From Leucoraja ocellata (Eukaryota): a stretch of 64,000 bases of DNA. Shown here piece after piece: positions 21,849 through 35,435 of this stretch. The notes below the pieces were generated by a model. It saw nothing but the letters and a program-made list of their open reading frames with translations. It searched no databases and was not told where the DNA came from. Location: contig JAWMAR010000307.1 in NCBI GenBank assembly GCA_036785375.1, positions 1,674,001-1,738,000 of the forward strand, in the 5' to 3' direction. How positions within the stretch are numbered: the first letter of the stretch is position 1; each line of letters starts with the position of its first letter. Both the position numbers and the translations under genes were made by a program.

Positions 21849-24800
21849 GAGACTCGCTCTTTTCGCACCTGGCTCGCAGCTTGTGCGCCCGGCTCACAGT
21901 TTGCGGACGAGGTTTGCACTCTACGCTCCAGGCTCGCCCCTTTCGCACCAGACCCTGCCGCCGCACCCCGCCCCCCGCCCCCCCCCCCCCCCCGACGGGG
22001 GGCCTACATGGGGTATACAAGGGGTTTAGAGGGCTTTTTAGGGGGTTTAGAGAGGTTTAAAGGGGGATACAGGTGTTTATAGGTGTAGAAAGGTTTAGAG
22101 GGGTTTACATAGGTTTCGATGGTTTTAGAGGGGTTTCCAGGGGTTTAGAGGTATTTATGGTGTGTTTAGATAGGTTTACAGAGGTTTACAGGGATCTAGA
22201 GGGGTTTACTGGCGCTTAGCGGGGTTTACCGGGGTTTACAAGTGTGTAGAGGAGGTTAGAGGGATTTACAGGAGTTCAGAGGGATGTACATGGGTTTAAA
22301 GGGATTACAGGGGGTTAGAGGGTTTACGTGTTTACAGGTGTTTTGATGGGTTTTTAGGGGTTTAGAGGGCTATTTTTAGTTGTTTAGAGATGTTTACAGA
22401 TGTTTACGGGGTTTGGGGGGGGATGGGTTTTGAGGGGTTTAGTGGGTTTTATATGTGATTAGAGGGGTTTACAGAGGTTTATAATGGTTTACAGAAGTTT
22501 CGCGTTTTTAGAGAGGTTTACAGGGGGTTTAGAGGGTTTACATAGGGGTTACACGTGTTTATAGGTGTTTAAACGGTTTTAGAGAGATTAACAGGTTTAC
22601 AAGGGTTGAGAGGAGTTTCCAGTGGTTTTGGGGGTTTACATGGTGTTTATATGGGGTTTTAAGGGGTTAGCGGGCTTTATAGGGGTTTAGAGACGTCTAG
22701 AGTAATTAACTGCGATTTAGATTGGTTTACATGGGGTTTACAGGTTGTTATAGGGGGTTAGATGGCTTTATATGTGTTTGGTTGGCTTTGGGGGGCTTTG
22801 GATGGATGTAGAGGGGGCTTGCAGGAGTTTGGAGGTGTCTGGAGAGCAGTTTGGAGGGATTTGGAGGCGGTTAGAGTGGTTCGGAGGGTTTTAGATGGGT
22901 TTAGAGTGGTTTAGAGGGTTTTAGAGATATTTACAGGTGTTTAGCAGGCTTTACAGGGGTTTCGAGGGGTTTACACATGTTTAGAGGGTTTTAGAGAGGT
23001 TTATAGGGGTTTATAGGGGTTTACAGGTGTTTACAGGTGGAGAGGGGTTTACAGGTGTAGCGAGATTTAGTATGGTTTACAGGGGATTTAGAAGGTTTTA
23101 GAGAGGTTTAGAGGGGTTTACAGGGATCTAAATGGGTTTGCAGTGGTTTACCGGCGTTTACTGGGGCTTTGCGGGGTCTTTGGAGGGCTTTGAAGGGATT
23201 TAGAGGGAGTTTGCATGGTGTTTGGGGGTGTCTGGAGCGGTTTGGAGGGGTTTAGAGAGATTTACAGGGGTTAGCGGGTTTTACAGGTGTTTACGGGTGT
23301 TTACAGGTATTTAGAGAGGTTTAGCGTGGTTTAGAGCGGGTTAAAGGGTCTTAGAGGTTTAGATATGTTTTCAGCTGTTGAGTAGGCTTTACAGGGGTTT
23401 AGAGGGGGTTTACAGGTGTTTAGACGGGTTTACGTGGGGTTTACAGGTCTTTACAGGTGTTTACTTGGGTATAGATGGGTTTAGAGGTCTTTATAGGGTG
23501 TTTATAGAGGTTTAGAGGGGCTTACAGGGATCTAGAGGGGTTTACAGGCGTTTATTGGGGCTTAGCGGGGTTTACCAGGGATTACAAGTTTTTAGAGGGT
23601 GTTAGAGGGATTTACAGGGGGTTCAGATGGGTTTAGAGCATTTTAGATGGGTTTAGAGGGGTTTACAGATAATTGCGGGTGTTTAGAGGGGGTTTAGACG
23701 GCTTTAGAGTGTTTTAGAGGTTTACAGGGGTTTAGGTGTTCTACATGGGTTTACATGGGGGTTTAGAGGGGTTTAGAGAGGTTCACAGGGTTTAGGGGGG
23801 TTCAGATGCATTTACAGGGGTTTTCAGGGGCTTGTAGTGGTTTAGAGGGATTTAGATTTGTTTACAGGGGTTAGAGATGTTTAGAGAGGTTTACATGCGT
23901 TTACAATGGTTTACAGGGGTTTAGGGGGTTTTATACAGGGTTTACAGGTGTTTATGGGGGTTTCCATGGTGCTTACAGGGGGTTTAGATGGGTTTATAAG
24001 GGTTTATAAGGCTTTATAGGGGTTTAGAGAGGTTTATATGGGGTTAGAGGGGTTTAGCGGGCTTTATTGCGGTTTATAGGCGTTTAGAGTGGTTTACATG
24101 GATTTAGAGTGGCTTACATGAGGTTTAGACGGAGGGGTTATAGGGGTTTAGAGGGGTGTGGGGCGGTTTGGAGGGGTCTGGAGAGGTTTTGAGCGGTTTG
24201 GTGGTTTAGAGTGGGTTAGAGGGGTTTGGTTTGGATTTAAGTTGTTTACAGAGGTTTAGAGTGGGTTAGAGTGGTTTGGTGGGGTTTAAAGATGTTTACA
24301 GAGGATTAGAAGGGTTTACAGGGTTTAGGGGTGTTTACATTGGGTTTTCAGGGTTTTAGGGGGGTTTACAGGGGTTTAAGGGTTTTTAAATTAGGTTTAC
24401 AGGAGTTTAGATGAGTTTTGAGGGGTTTAGAGGGCTTTGTATGTGTTTAGAGCGGATTAGAGAGGTTTACAGTGGTTACAGGTGTTTATAAAGTACTAGA
24501 GTGGTTTACAGAGGGTTTAGATGGGGTTTCATAGGGTTTACACGTGTTTATAGGTGCTTAGAGGGTTTTAGAGCGATTTACTGGGGTTTTGAAAGGTTTG
24601 ACAGGGGTTGATAGAGGTTTACAGTGGTTTAGGGAGGTTTACATTGGTTTTACCGGGGTTTAGTGGGGTTTACATGGAGTTATAGTATCTTACAGTGGTT
24701 TAGAGGGGGGTTTAGAGGGCTTCATAGGGGTTTGGAGGGCTTTGGAAGGGGTTGGAGATATTTAGAGGGGGTTTGCAGGGGTGTGTAGGTGTCTGGGGAG

Positions 24801-27150
24801 GTTTAGAGCGGTTTGGAGGCATTTGGAGGTGGTTAGAGGGGTCTGGAGGGGTTTAGAGGAATTTACATCGGTTTAGAGGAATTTACAGGTGTTTACAGAT
24901 ACTTAGAGAGGTTTAGAATGGTTTAGAGGTGTTTAGTGGGGTTTAGAGGGTTTTAGAAATGTTTACAGGTGTTTATGGAGTTTACATGGGGTTTAGAGGG
25001 GTTTACCGATGTTTAGAGGGTTTTAGAGAAGTTTACAGGTTGTTTAGAGGAATTTCGACAGGGTTTACCTGTGTGTACAGATGTTTAGAAGGTTGTACAG
25101 AGGTTTACAGGGTTTAGAGAGGTTTACATGTGTGTATATGTGTTTACAGTGGTTTTGGTGGGTTTACATGGTGTTTACAGGGGTTCAGGGCGGTTTACAC
25201 GGGTTTAGAGGGGTTTACAGGGCTGTATAGGGGTTACAGGGCTTTACATGGGTTTTGACAGGTTCACCGGGCTTTGTAGCGGTTTAGAGGCATTTAGAGT
25301 GGTTCACGAGGGTTTAGAGGGGTTTACATGGGTTCGGGGGGCTTTGGAGGGGTTTGCCGGGATTTGAGGAGGTTTAAAGTGGTTTGGAGGAATTTCGAGG
25401 GGGTTATAGTGGTTTGGAGGGGTTTAGAGGGATTTACATCGGTTTAGATGGATTTACAGGGGTTTAGAGGGGTTTAGAGGTTTTTAGATGGGTTTAGACG
25501 TGTTTGGAAGGAGTTACACGTGTTCACAGGTGTTCACAGGTATTTAGAGCGGTTTAGAGGGGTTTAGAGGGTTTTCGAGATGTTTACAGGGGATTAGAAG
25601 GTTTTACATGAGTTTAGGGGGCTTAAATGGGGTTTACAGGGGGTTTACATGGGGTTTACAGGGGGTTTAGAGAGTTTATGGGGATTTACAGGGCTTTAGA
25701 GGGAATTACAGGCGTTAAGAATGGTTTAGTGTTTTAGATGAGTTTAGAGGGGTTTAGAGAGGTTTACAGGTGTTTGCATGTGTTTAGAGAGGTTTAGAGG
25801 GGTTTAGACAGTTTTAGAGGGTGTTGAATGGGTTTACATGGGGTTTAGAGGGGTTTACTTGGAGGTTACAGGGGTTTTAGATGGGATTAGAGAGGTTTTA
25901 CATGGGGTGTACATGGGTTCTGGGGGTTTATATGGGGTTTACAGGGGGTTTAGGGGCTAGTGGGAATTACAGGGGTTTAGATAGATTTACAGGCGTTTAG
26001 AATGGTTTAGAGCATTTTAGTTTAGAGGGGTTTAGAGTGGTTTAGAGTGGTATACAGGTGTTAGCAGGTGTTTAGAGAGGTTTAGAAGGGTCTAGATGGC
26101 TGTAAAGGGTGTTAAAGAGGTTTACAGGGGGTTTTGAGGGGTTTAGGGGGGGATTACATGGGGTTTACAGAGGTTTAGTGTTTTGAGAGATTTTACATGG
26201 TTTTAGAGGGGTTTAGTCGACTTTATTGGGGGTATAGATGTGTTTAGAGTGGTTCACAGAATTTGGAGGGGGTTACATGTAGTATGCAGGTGTTTGTAAG
26301 GGTGTAGATGGCTTTATATCGGTTTAGAGGGGCTTGGAGTGGTTTTGAGGGGTGTTCAGGGGTTTGGAGGAGTCTGGAGAGGTTTAGAGCGGTTTGGAGA
26401 GGTTGGCGGGGGGGGGGGGGGGTTTAGACAGTTTTAGATGTGTTAAGAGGGGTTTAATGGGTTTACATGACTTTACATGTGTTTACGGGTGTTTAGAGAG
26501 ATTTAGCGTGGTTTAGAGGAGTTTACATGTGTTTAGAGGTTTTAGTGGTGATTACATGTGTTTAGAGGGTTTTAGAGTGGTGTACAGGGGTTTAAAGGTG
26601 TTAACATGGGGTTTACATGTGTTTACAGGCGTAGAGAGGTTTAGAGGGGTTTACAAGGGTTTAGCGAGTTTAGAGAAGTTTACAGGGGTTTAGAGAGGTT
26701 TTCATGGATTTAGAGGGGATTACAGATGTTTAGTAGGGTTTTCGTGGGGTTTACAGGGGATTAGGGGAGTTTCCATGGTGGTTACAGGGGACTTTAGATG
26801 GGTTTAGAGGTGTTTACAGGGGTTTACATGAGGTTTAGAAGGATTTGGTTTACAGGTGTTTACAGGTGTAGAGAGGTTTAGAGGGGTTTACAGAGGTTTC
26901 GAGGGTTTTAGAGAAGTTTCCAGGTGTTTACACGGAGTTTACAGGTCTTTACAGGGGTTTACATGGGTTTAGAGGGGTTTAGAATGGTTTAGAGAGGTTA
27001 ACATGGGGTTTGGGAGGGGGGGGGGGGTTACATGGGGTTGACGGGGTGTAGATGGTTTTAGAGGGCCATATAGGGGTTTACCGGGATCTAGAGGGGTCTA
27101 CATGGGTTTACAGGCGTTTACTGGGGCTTAGCGGGGTTTACCGGGGTTTA

Positions 27151-27338
27151 AGTCAAAGTCAAAGTAGCCTTTATTGTCATTCAGCCCTTTCGGTCTGAAC
27201 GAAATTACGGTGCCTTGCAGTCATACATATAATAAAAATGACAAAAACACACAATAAACACAAATTTAACATCCACCACAGTGAGTTCACCAGGCACCTC
27301 CTCGCTGTGATGGAGGCAAAAATCTTAAAGTCCTAAAA
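27151..27338 (-). mobile_element. Retroposon 3' end inserted in the satellite
   Basis: Unique sequence with an (AGTCAA)n tail and tttattgtcat signal (minus strand ATGACAATAAA). Confidence 0.7.
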
Positions 27339-30300
27339 CATGTGTTTACAGGTGTTAGAGGGATTTACAGGGGGTCTAGAGGGATGTACAGGGGTTTACA
27401 TGGGTTTAGAGGTTTTAGATGGAAGATGGGTTTACAGATGATTGCAGGTGTTTAGAGAGGTTTAGAGGGGTTTAGATGGCTTTAGAGTGTTCTCGAGAGG
27501 TTTACAGGGGGTTTGGATGGGTTTACAGGTGTTTTGACGGCTTTAGAGGGTGTTAAATGCGTTTACAGCGGGTTTAGAATGATTTACAGGGGGTTAGAGT
27601 GGTTTAGAGGGTTTTGGATTGGTTTAGCGGGGTTTAGAGCGGTTTAAAGGGGTTTACAGGTGTTTACATGTGTAGAGAGGTTTAGAGGGGTTTACAGAGG
27701 TTTGGAGGGTTTTAAGAGGTTTCCAAGGGTTTACATGAGGTTTACAGGTGTTTAGAGAGGTTTAGAGTGGTTTAGAGGGGTTTAGTGGGGGTTAGAGGGT
27801 TTTAGAGATGCTTACAGGGGATTGGAAGGGTTTACAGGGGTGTAAGGGTGTTTACATGGGATTTACAGGGGGTTTAGAGGATTTACTAGGCTTTAGAGGG
27901 ATTTACAGGCATTTAGAATGGTTTAGAGTGTTTTAGATGAGTTTAGATGGGTTTAGAGTGGTTTACAGGTGTGCAAGTGTTTAGAGGGGTTTAGCCGGCT
28001 TTAGAGGGCTTTAGAAGGTGTTAAATATGTTTACATGGGGTTTAGGGGAGTTTACTTGGGGTCTACATAGGTTTCGATGTGTTTTGAGGGGTTTAGAGTA
28101 CTTTATATGTGTGTAGAGAGATTTGGATGGGGTTTACAGGGGTTTACAGGGTTTTAGAGAGGTTTGGAGTGGTTTAGAGTGGTTTACATAGGTTAAGGGG
28201 GGGTTTACCTGGTGTTTACAGGGATTTAGGGGGATTTACATTGAGTTTACAGGGGCTTTAGATGGGTTTAGAGGGGTTTTATGTGGTTTTAGAGGGGTTT
28301 AGCCTGCTTTATTGGGTATAGATGCGTTTAGAGTGGTTCATATGGTTTACAGGGGTTTACATGGGGTGTACAGGTGTTTATAAGGGTGTAGATGGGTTTA
28401 TATGGGTTTAGAGTGGTTTGGAGTGGTTTTGATGGGTTTACATGGGTTTGGAGGGGTTTAGAGGGGTCTGGAGAGGTTTGGAGGCGTTTAGAAGGATTTA
28501 CAGGGATTTAGAGGGATGTACAGGGGGTTTAGAGGATTTTAGATGGGGTTGCATGGGTTTACATGTGAGTACAGGTGTTTAGAGGGGTTTAGTTGGCTTT
28601 AGAGTGTTTTCGAGAGGTTTACAGAGATTTAGAGGGGTTAGAGGAGTTTACATTGGTTTACAAGTGTTTTGATGGGCTGTGAGGGGTTTAGAGGGCTTTA
28701 TATGTGTTTAGAGAGGTTTACGGGGGTTTAGAGGGGTTTACGGGGTTTGGGGGGGTGAGATGGGTTTTGAGCGGTTTAGGGCTTTATATGTGTTTAGAGG
28801 GGGTTACAGAGGTTTACAGTGGTTTACGGATGTTTAGGGGTTATAGAGAGGTTTACAAGGGGTTTAGACGGGTTTACATGTGTTTATAGGTGATTAGAAG
28901 GTTTTAGAGAGATTAACAGGTTTAGAGAGGTTTACAAGGGTTGAGAGGAGTTTACAGTAGTTTAGGGGGTTTACATGGTGTTTACAGTGGTTTATTGGGG
29001 TTTAGCGGGCTTTATAAGGGTTTAGAGGCGTCTACAGTAGTTAACAGTGGTTTAGAGGGGTTTACATGGGGTTTGGAGGGATGTACAGGGGTTTAGATGG
29101 GTTTAGTTTGGTTTACACGGGTTTACGGGTGTTTAGAAGTTTAGAGGGATTTAGGCGGCTTTAGAGTGTTTTAGAGCGGTTCACAGGGGTTTATAGAGCT
29201 TTACATGGGGTTAGGGGGGTTTACATGGGTTTACAGGGGGTCTAGATGAGTTTTGAGTGGTTAAAGGGCTTTATATGGGTTTAGAGAGGTTGAGATGAGT
29301 TTATGTGTTTAGACTGGTTTACACGGGGTTTAGTGGTTGGAGAGGTTTGGATGGGATTGGAGGGGTCTGGAGAGATTTAGAGTGGGTTGGAGGGGTTTAG
29401 AGATTTTTAGAGGCGGTTAGAGAGGTGTGGTGGGGTTTAGAGAGATTCACAGAGGTTTAGAGCGGTTAACAGGGTTTTAGATGTATTTAGAGGGGTTCAG
29501 GTGCATTTACAGAAGGTTTACAGGGGCTTATAGTGGTTCAAAGGGATTTAGAGTTGTTTACAGAGGTTTACAGATGTTTAGAAACGTTTACATGGGTTTA
29601 CAATGGTTTACAGGGTTTTAGAGGTCTTTAGAGGTCTTTACAGGGGGTTTACAGGGGGTTTAGAGGGGGTTACATTGTGTTTACCGAGGGTTATAAGGGG
29701 TTGGGTGGCTTTAAACCCCTGTAAACCCCTGTATTTGGATGTTTGGGCAGCTTTGGAGGGATTTAGAGGGGGGTTTGCAGGGGTTTGGAGGTGCCTGGAG
29801 AGGGTTAGAGCAGTTTGGAGGGATTTGGATGGGGTTAGAGGGGTTTAGAGGGTTGTAGATGGGTTTACAGGTGTTTACAGGTATTTAGAGTGGTTTGTAG
29901 TGGTTTAGAGCGGTTTAAAGGGTCTTAGAGGGGTTTAGAGATGTTTACAGATGTTTAGTAGTCTTTACAGGGGTTTAGAGGGGCTTACACATGTTTAGAA
30001 GGTTTTAGAGAGGTTTATAGGGGGTTTACAGGTGTTTACAGGTGTACAGAGTGGTTTAAAGGGGTTTAGAGGGTTTTGGAGAGGGTTACAGGGGTTTAGT
30101 GGGGTTTACATGGGGTTTACAGGTCTTTACAGCGGGGTACATGAGTTTAGAGGGATCTAGAGGGGTTTACAGGGGTTTACCGGTGTTTACTGGGGCTTAG
30201 CGGGCTTTATATGGGTTTAGTGGCGTCTTGAGTAGTTAACCGCGGTTTAGAGGGGTTTACATGAGGTTTACATGGTGTTTATAGGGGGTTAGATAGCTTT

Positions 30301-30410
30301 ATAGGGGTTTGGGTGGATTTAGAGGGGGCTTGCAGGGGTTTGGGGGTGTAGGAGAGGTTTAGAGCAGTTTTGAGGGATTTGGAGGGATTTAGAGGGGTTT
30401 AGATGGATTT

Positions 30411-31024
30411 AACCATATAACCATATAACAATTACAGCACGGAAACAGGCCATCTCGGCCCTACAAGTCCGTGCCGAACAATTTTTGTTTTTCCCTTAGT
30501 CCCACCTGCCTGCACTCGTACCATAACCCTCCATTCCTTTCTCATCCATATGCCTATCCAATTTATTTTTAAATGATACCAATGAACCTGCCTCCACCAC
30601 TTCCACTGGAAGCTCATTCCACACCGCTACCGCTCTCTGAGTAAAGAAGTTCCCCCTCATATTACCCCTAAACTTCTGTCCCTTAATTCTGAAGTCATGT
30701 CCTCTTGTTTGAATCTTCCCTATTCTCAAAGGGAAAAGCTTGTCCACATCAACTCTGTCTATCCCTCTCATCATTTTAAAGACCTCTATCAGGTCCCCCC
30801 TTAACCTTCTGCGCTCCAGAGAATAAAGACCTAACTTATTCAACCTATCTCTGTAACTTAGTTGTTGAGGCAACATTCTAGTAAATCTCCTCTGTACTCT
30901 CTCTATTTTGTTGACATCCTTCCTATAATTGGGCGACCAAAATTGTACACCATACTCCAGATTTGGTCTCACCAATGCCTTGTACAATTTTAACATTACA
31001 TTACATCCCAGCTTCTATACTCAT
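30411..31024 (-). mobile_element. Young CR1 LINE, 5'-truncated, inserted in the satellite
   Basis: ORF 30496-30996 LYKALVRPNLEYGVQFWSP..; (AACCATAT) tail as in the 8189 and 15827 copies. Confidence 0.92.
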
Positions 31025-34000
31025 AGGTTTAGAGGGGTTTAGAGGGATTTAGAGGGTTTTACAGGTGTTTACGGGAGTTTACAGGTATTTAGAGAGGTTT
31101 AGAGCGGGTTGAAAGGTTTTAGAGGGTTTTAGAGATGTTTACAGGTGTTTACTAGGCTTTACAGGGGTTTAGAGGGGTTTACAAGTGTAGAGATATTTAG
31201 AGGGGTTTACATGGGTTTAGAGATGTTTACAGATGTTTAGAGGGTTTTACAGAGCTTTACATGGGTTTAGAGGAGTTTACAGGTGTTTAGGGGGGTTTAC
31301 GTGGGGTTTACATGGGTTTACAGAGGTTTACAGGGGTTTAGGGTTTTTTACACAGGGTTTACATGGGTTTAGTGGGGGTTACATGGTGTTTACAGGGGGT
31401 TTCGATGGGTTTAGTGTGGTTTACAAGGCTTTATAGGGGTTTAGAGAGCTTTTGAGGGGTTTAGCGGACTTTAATGCGGTTTATAGACGTTTAGAGTGGT
31501 TCACAGGGATGTAGAGGTGTTTACATGAGGTTTACAGGTGGGGTTATAGGGGTTGATAGGGCTTTATATGGCTTTAGAGGGGTTTGGGGAGGTTTAGATG
31601 GGTTTAGCGGGGGTTAGATGGGTTTGGTGGGTTTGGTGGGGTTTAGAAGGATTTGTATGGTTTGGGTGGTGTATAGAGCGTTTTAGAAGGGATTAGAGGG
31701 GTTTGGTTTGGATTTAAGTTGTTTAGAGAGGTTTAGAGTGGTTTAGAAGGTTTTGAAGTTTACAGGGGTTTAGGGTTTTTTTTACTTGGGTTTACAGGAG
31801 TTTAGATGGGGTTTGCGGGGTTTAGATGGCTTTATGTGTGTTTAGAGCGGTTTACAGGGGGTTTAGAGAGGTTTACATGGTGTTTACAGGAGGTTTTAGA
31901 TGGCTTTAGAGGGGATTAGAGGGCTTTATAGGGATTTGGAGGGTTTTGGAAGGGGCTTAGAGGGGGTTAGTGTGGTTTGGAGGGGGTTATAGGGATTTAC
32001 ATCGGTTTAGAGGGATTTACAGGGGTTTAGAGGGTTTTGGATGGGTTTATAGGGGTTTAGAGGGTTTTAAAGATGTTTACAGGTGTTTAGGGGGGTACAT
32101 GGGGTTTACAGGGGGTTTGGAAGTGTTTAGAGGGGGGGTTTACATGGATTTAGAGGTGTTTACAGGTGCTTAGAGGGTTTTACAGAGGTTTACTGGGGTT
32201 TAGAGGAGTTTACAGTGGTTTAGGGGGGTGTACATGGGGTTTACAGGGGGTTTAGATGGGTTTACAGGGGGTTTACAGGGCTTTACAGGGGTTTTGACAG
32301 GTTCACCGGGCTTTATAGCGATTCAGAGGCGTTTAGAGTGACTCACGGGGGTTTAGAGGGGTTTACATGGGATTTATAGGGGGTTTATATAGCTTTATAG
32401 GGAGGTTCAGAGGCCATTGGAGGGGTTTGCAGGGGTTTGGACAGGTTTGGAGCGGTTTGGAGGGGTTTAGAGGGATTTAGGGGATTTAGAGGATATTAGA
32501 TGGGTTTGGAGGTGTTCACAGGTGTTCACAGGTATTTAGAGAGGTTTAGTGGTTTAGAGAGGTTTGGAGGGTTTTAGAGATGTTTACAGGGGATTAGAAG
32601 GGTTTACAGGCGTTTCGGGGTGGGAGGGGGGTTTGCATGGGGTTTACAGGGATTTAGGGGGGTTACATGGGGTTTACGGGGGGTTTAGTGGGGCTAGTGG
32701 GATTTACAGGGTTTTAGAGGGGTTTACAGGCGTTTAGAATGGTTTAGAGTGTTTTAGATGGGTTTAGAGAGGTTTACATGTGTCCGCAGGTGTTTAGAGA
32801 GGGTTAGAGGGGGGTTACAGGGGGTTTGGGGGGGGTTTACATGGGGTTTACAGAGGTTTAGCGGGGTTTACGTGGAGTTTACAAGGGTTTTAGATGTGTT
32901 TTAAGGGGTTTAGATGGTTTTAGAGGGGTTTAGCCGGTTTTATTGGGGTATAGATGCGTTTATAGTGGTTCACAGGGTTTAGGGTTTACATGGGGTATAC
33001 AGGTGCTTATAAGGGTGTAGATGGCTTTAAATGGGTTTAGGAGGGGTTTAGAGGGGGTAGGAGGGGTTTGGAGGGTGTCTGGAGAGGTTTAGAGCAGTTT
33101 GGAGGGGGTTGGAGGAGTTTAGATGGGTTTAGCGGGATTCAGAATGATTTACATGGGTTTAGAGGGATTACAGGGGTTTTGAGAGTTTTAGATGCGTTTA
33201 GCATGGTTTAGAGGGCATGGTTTAGAGGGGTTTAAAGGGGTTACATGTGCTTAGAGGGTTTTAGAGAGGTGTATAGGGGATTAAAGGTATTAACATGGGG
33301 TTTACAGGCGTAGAGAGGTTTAGAGGGGTTTGCAAGGGTTTTGCGGATCTTAGGTAGGTTTACAGGTGTTTAGAGGGGTTCACTGGGGGTTTGGGGGGTT
33401 TACATGGGGTTCACAGAGGTTTAGGGGGGTGCACATGGGTATAGATATGTTTAGAAGGTTTTAGAGAAGTTTACAGGGGTTTAGAGAGGTTTACATGGAT
33501 TTAGAGTGGTTTACTGATGATTAGTAGGGTTTTCGTGGGGTTTACATGGGGCTTTAGATGGGTTTAGAGAGGTTTACAGGGCTTCATAGGGGTTTAGAGG
33601 CGTCTAGAGTACTTCACAGTGGTTTAGAGGGCGTTAGATGGGGTTTACATGGTGTTTATAGGGGGTTAGATTGCTTTATACAGGTTTGGAGGGCTTTGGA
33701 GGTTTTGGAGGAATTTAGAGGTGGTTTGCAGGGGTTTGGAGGGTTTAGAGGGTTTTAGATGGGTTTAGAGGTGTTTAGAGGGTTTTACAGGTGTTTTCAT
33801 GTAGTTAGATAGGTTTAGAGTGGTTTAGAGGGGTTTACTGGTTTTAGAGGGTTTTAGAGATGTTTACAGGGGTTTAGGGGGTTTATAGGTGTTTGGAGGA
33901 TTTTAATGAGGTTTATAGGGGGTTTAGAGGGCTTTTCATAGGGGTTACATGTGTTTACAGGTGTTTGTAGTGTTTTAGAGAGGTTCACAGGGGATTAGAG

Positions 34001-35435
34001 AGTTTTACAGATGTTTAGAGGGATTAAATAGTGTTTACAGGGGGGTTTAGATGGTTTAGAGAGGAGTTTACAGGGGTTTAGCGGGCCTTAGTGGTTTAGA
34101 GGCGTTTAGAGTGGTTCACAGGTGTTTAGAGGGGTTTACATGGGGTTTGCAGGGTATTTATAGGGGGTTTAGATAGCTTTATAGGGGTTTGGATGGCTTT
34201 GGAGGTGTTTAGACGTGTTTAGAGGGGTTTACGGGTGTTCACAGGTGTTTAGAGGGGTTTAGAGGGGTATAGAGGGTGTTAGAGATGTTTACAGGGGATT
34301 AGAAGGGTTTACAGGGATTTAGGGGGGGTTTACATGGGGTTTAGAGGGGCTAGTGGGATTTACAGGGCTTTAGAGGGATTTACAGGCATTTAGAAAGGTT
34401 TAGAGTGTTTTAGATGAGTTTAGAGTGTTTTACGTGTGTTTAGAGAGGTTTAGAGGGGTTTAGACGGCTTTAGAACGTGTTAAATAGGTTTACAGGGGGT
34501 TTAGAGGGGGTTACAGTGGTTTAGGGGGGTCTACATGGGGTTTACAGAGGTTTAGATGTGTTTCGCTGGGTTTAGAGTGCTTTATAGGTGTGTAGAGAGG
34601 TTTGGATGGGTTTACAGGGGTTTTAGAGAGGGTTAGAGTGGTTCACATGTGTTTAGAGGGGTTTACATGGGGGTTGCAGGGTGTTTATAGGGGGTTTAGA
34701 TAGCTTTATAGGGGTTTGGATGGCTTTGGAGGGGTTTAGGTCTTTGGTGGTATTAGGAGGGGGTCAGAGGGGTTTAAAGGGGTTAGAGTGGTTTGGAGGG
34801 GTTTAGAGGGATTGACCGGTTTGCAGGGATTTACAGGGGTTTAGAGTGGTTTAGACGGATTTATAGGTGTTTAGAGAAGTTTAGAGGGGTTTAGAGGGGT
34901 TTGGATGGCTTTTGAGGGATTTAGCGGGGTTCGGCGTGGTTTGGGGGGGTCTTGAGAGGTTTCGAGTGGTTTCGAGTGGTTTGGAGGGGTTTAGAGGGGT
35001 TTAGAGGGATTTAGAGAGGTTTGGGGGTTTAGAGCGGTTAGAATGGATTTGGAGGGAGTTTGGAGAGGTTTACAGGGGTTTACAGGTTTAGAGTGGTTTT
35101 AGAGGGTTTTAGAGATGTTTACAGTGGGGCTTTACATTAGGTTTACATGGTTTTCGGGTGGTTTTCATGGGGTTTACAGGGCCTTTAGAGGGATTTACAG
35201 GCGTTTAGATGTGTTTAGAGGGTTTACTGGTGTTTGGTTGTGTTTAGAGAGGTTTGGAGGGGTTAGATGGCTTTAGAGGGTTTTAGGGAAGTTTATAGGG
35301 GGTTAGGGGGGGTTACATGGGGTTTACAGGGGGTTTAAATGGGGTTTAGAGGGCTATATATTTAGAGGGCTATATACGTCTTTAGACGGGTTTAGAGGGA
35401 TTTGATGGGGTTTACACTGGTTTACAGGGTTTAAA

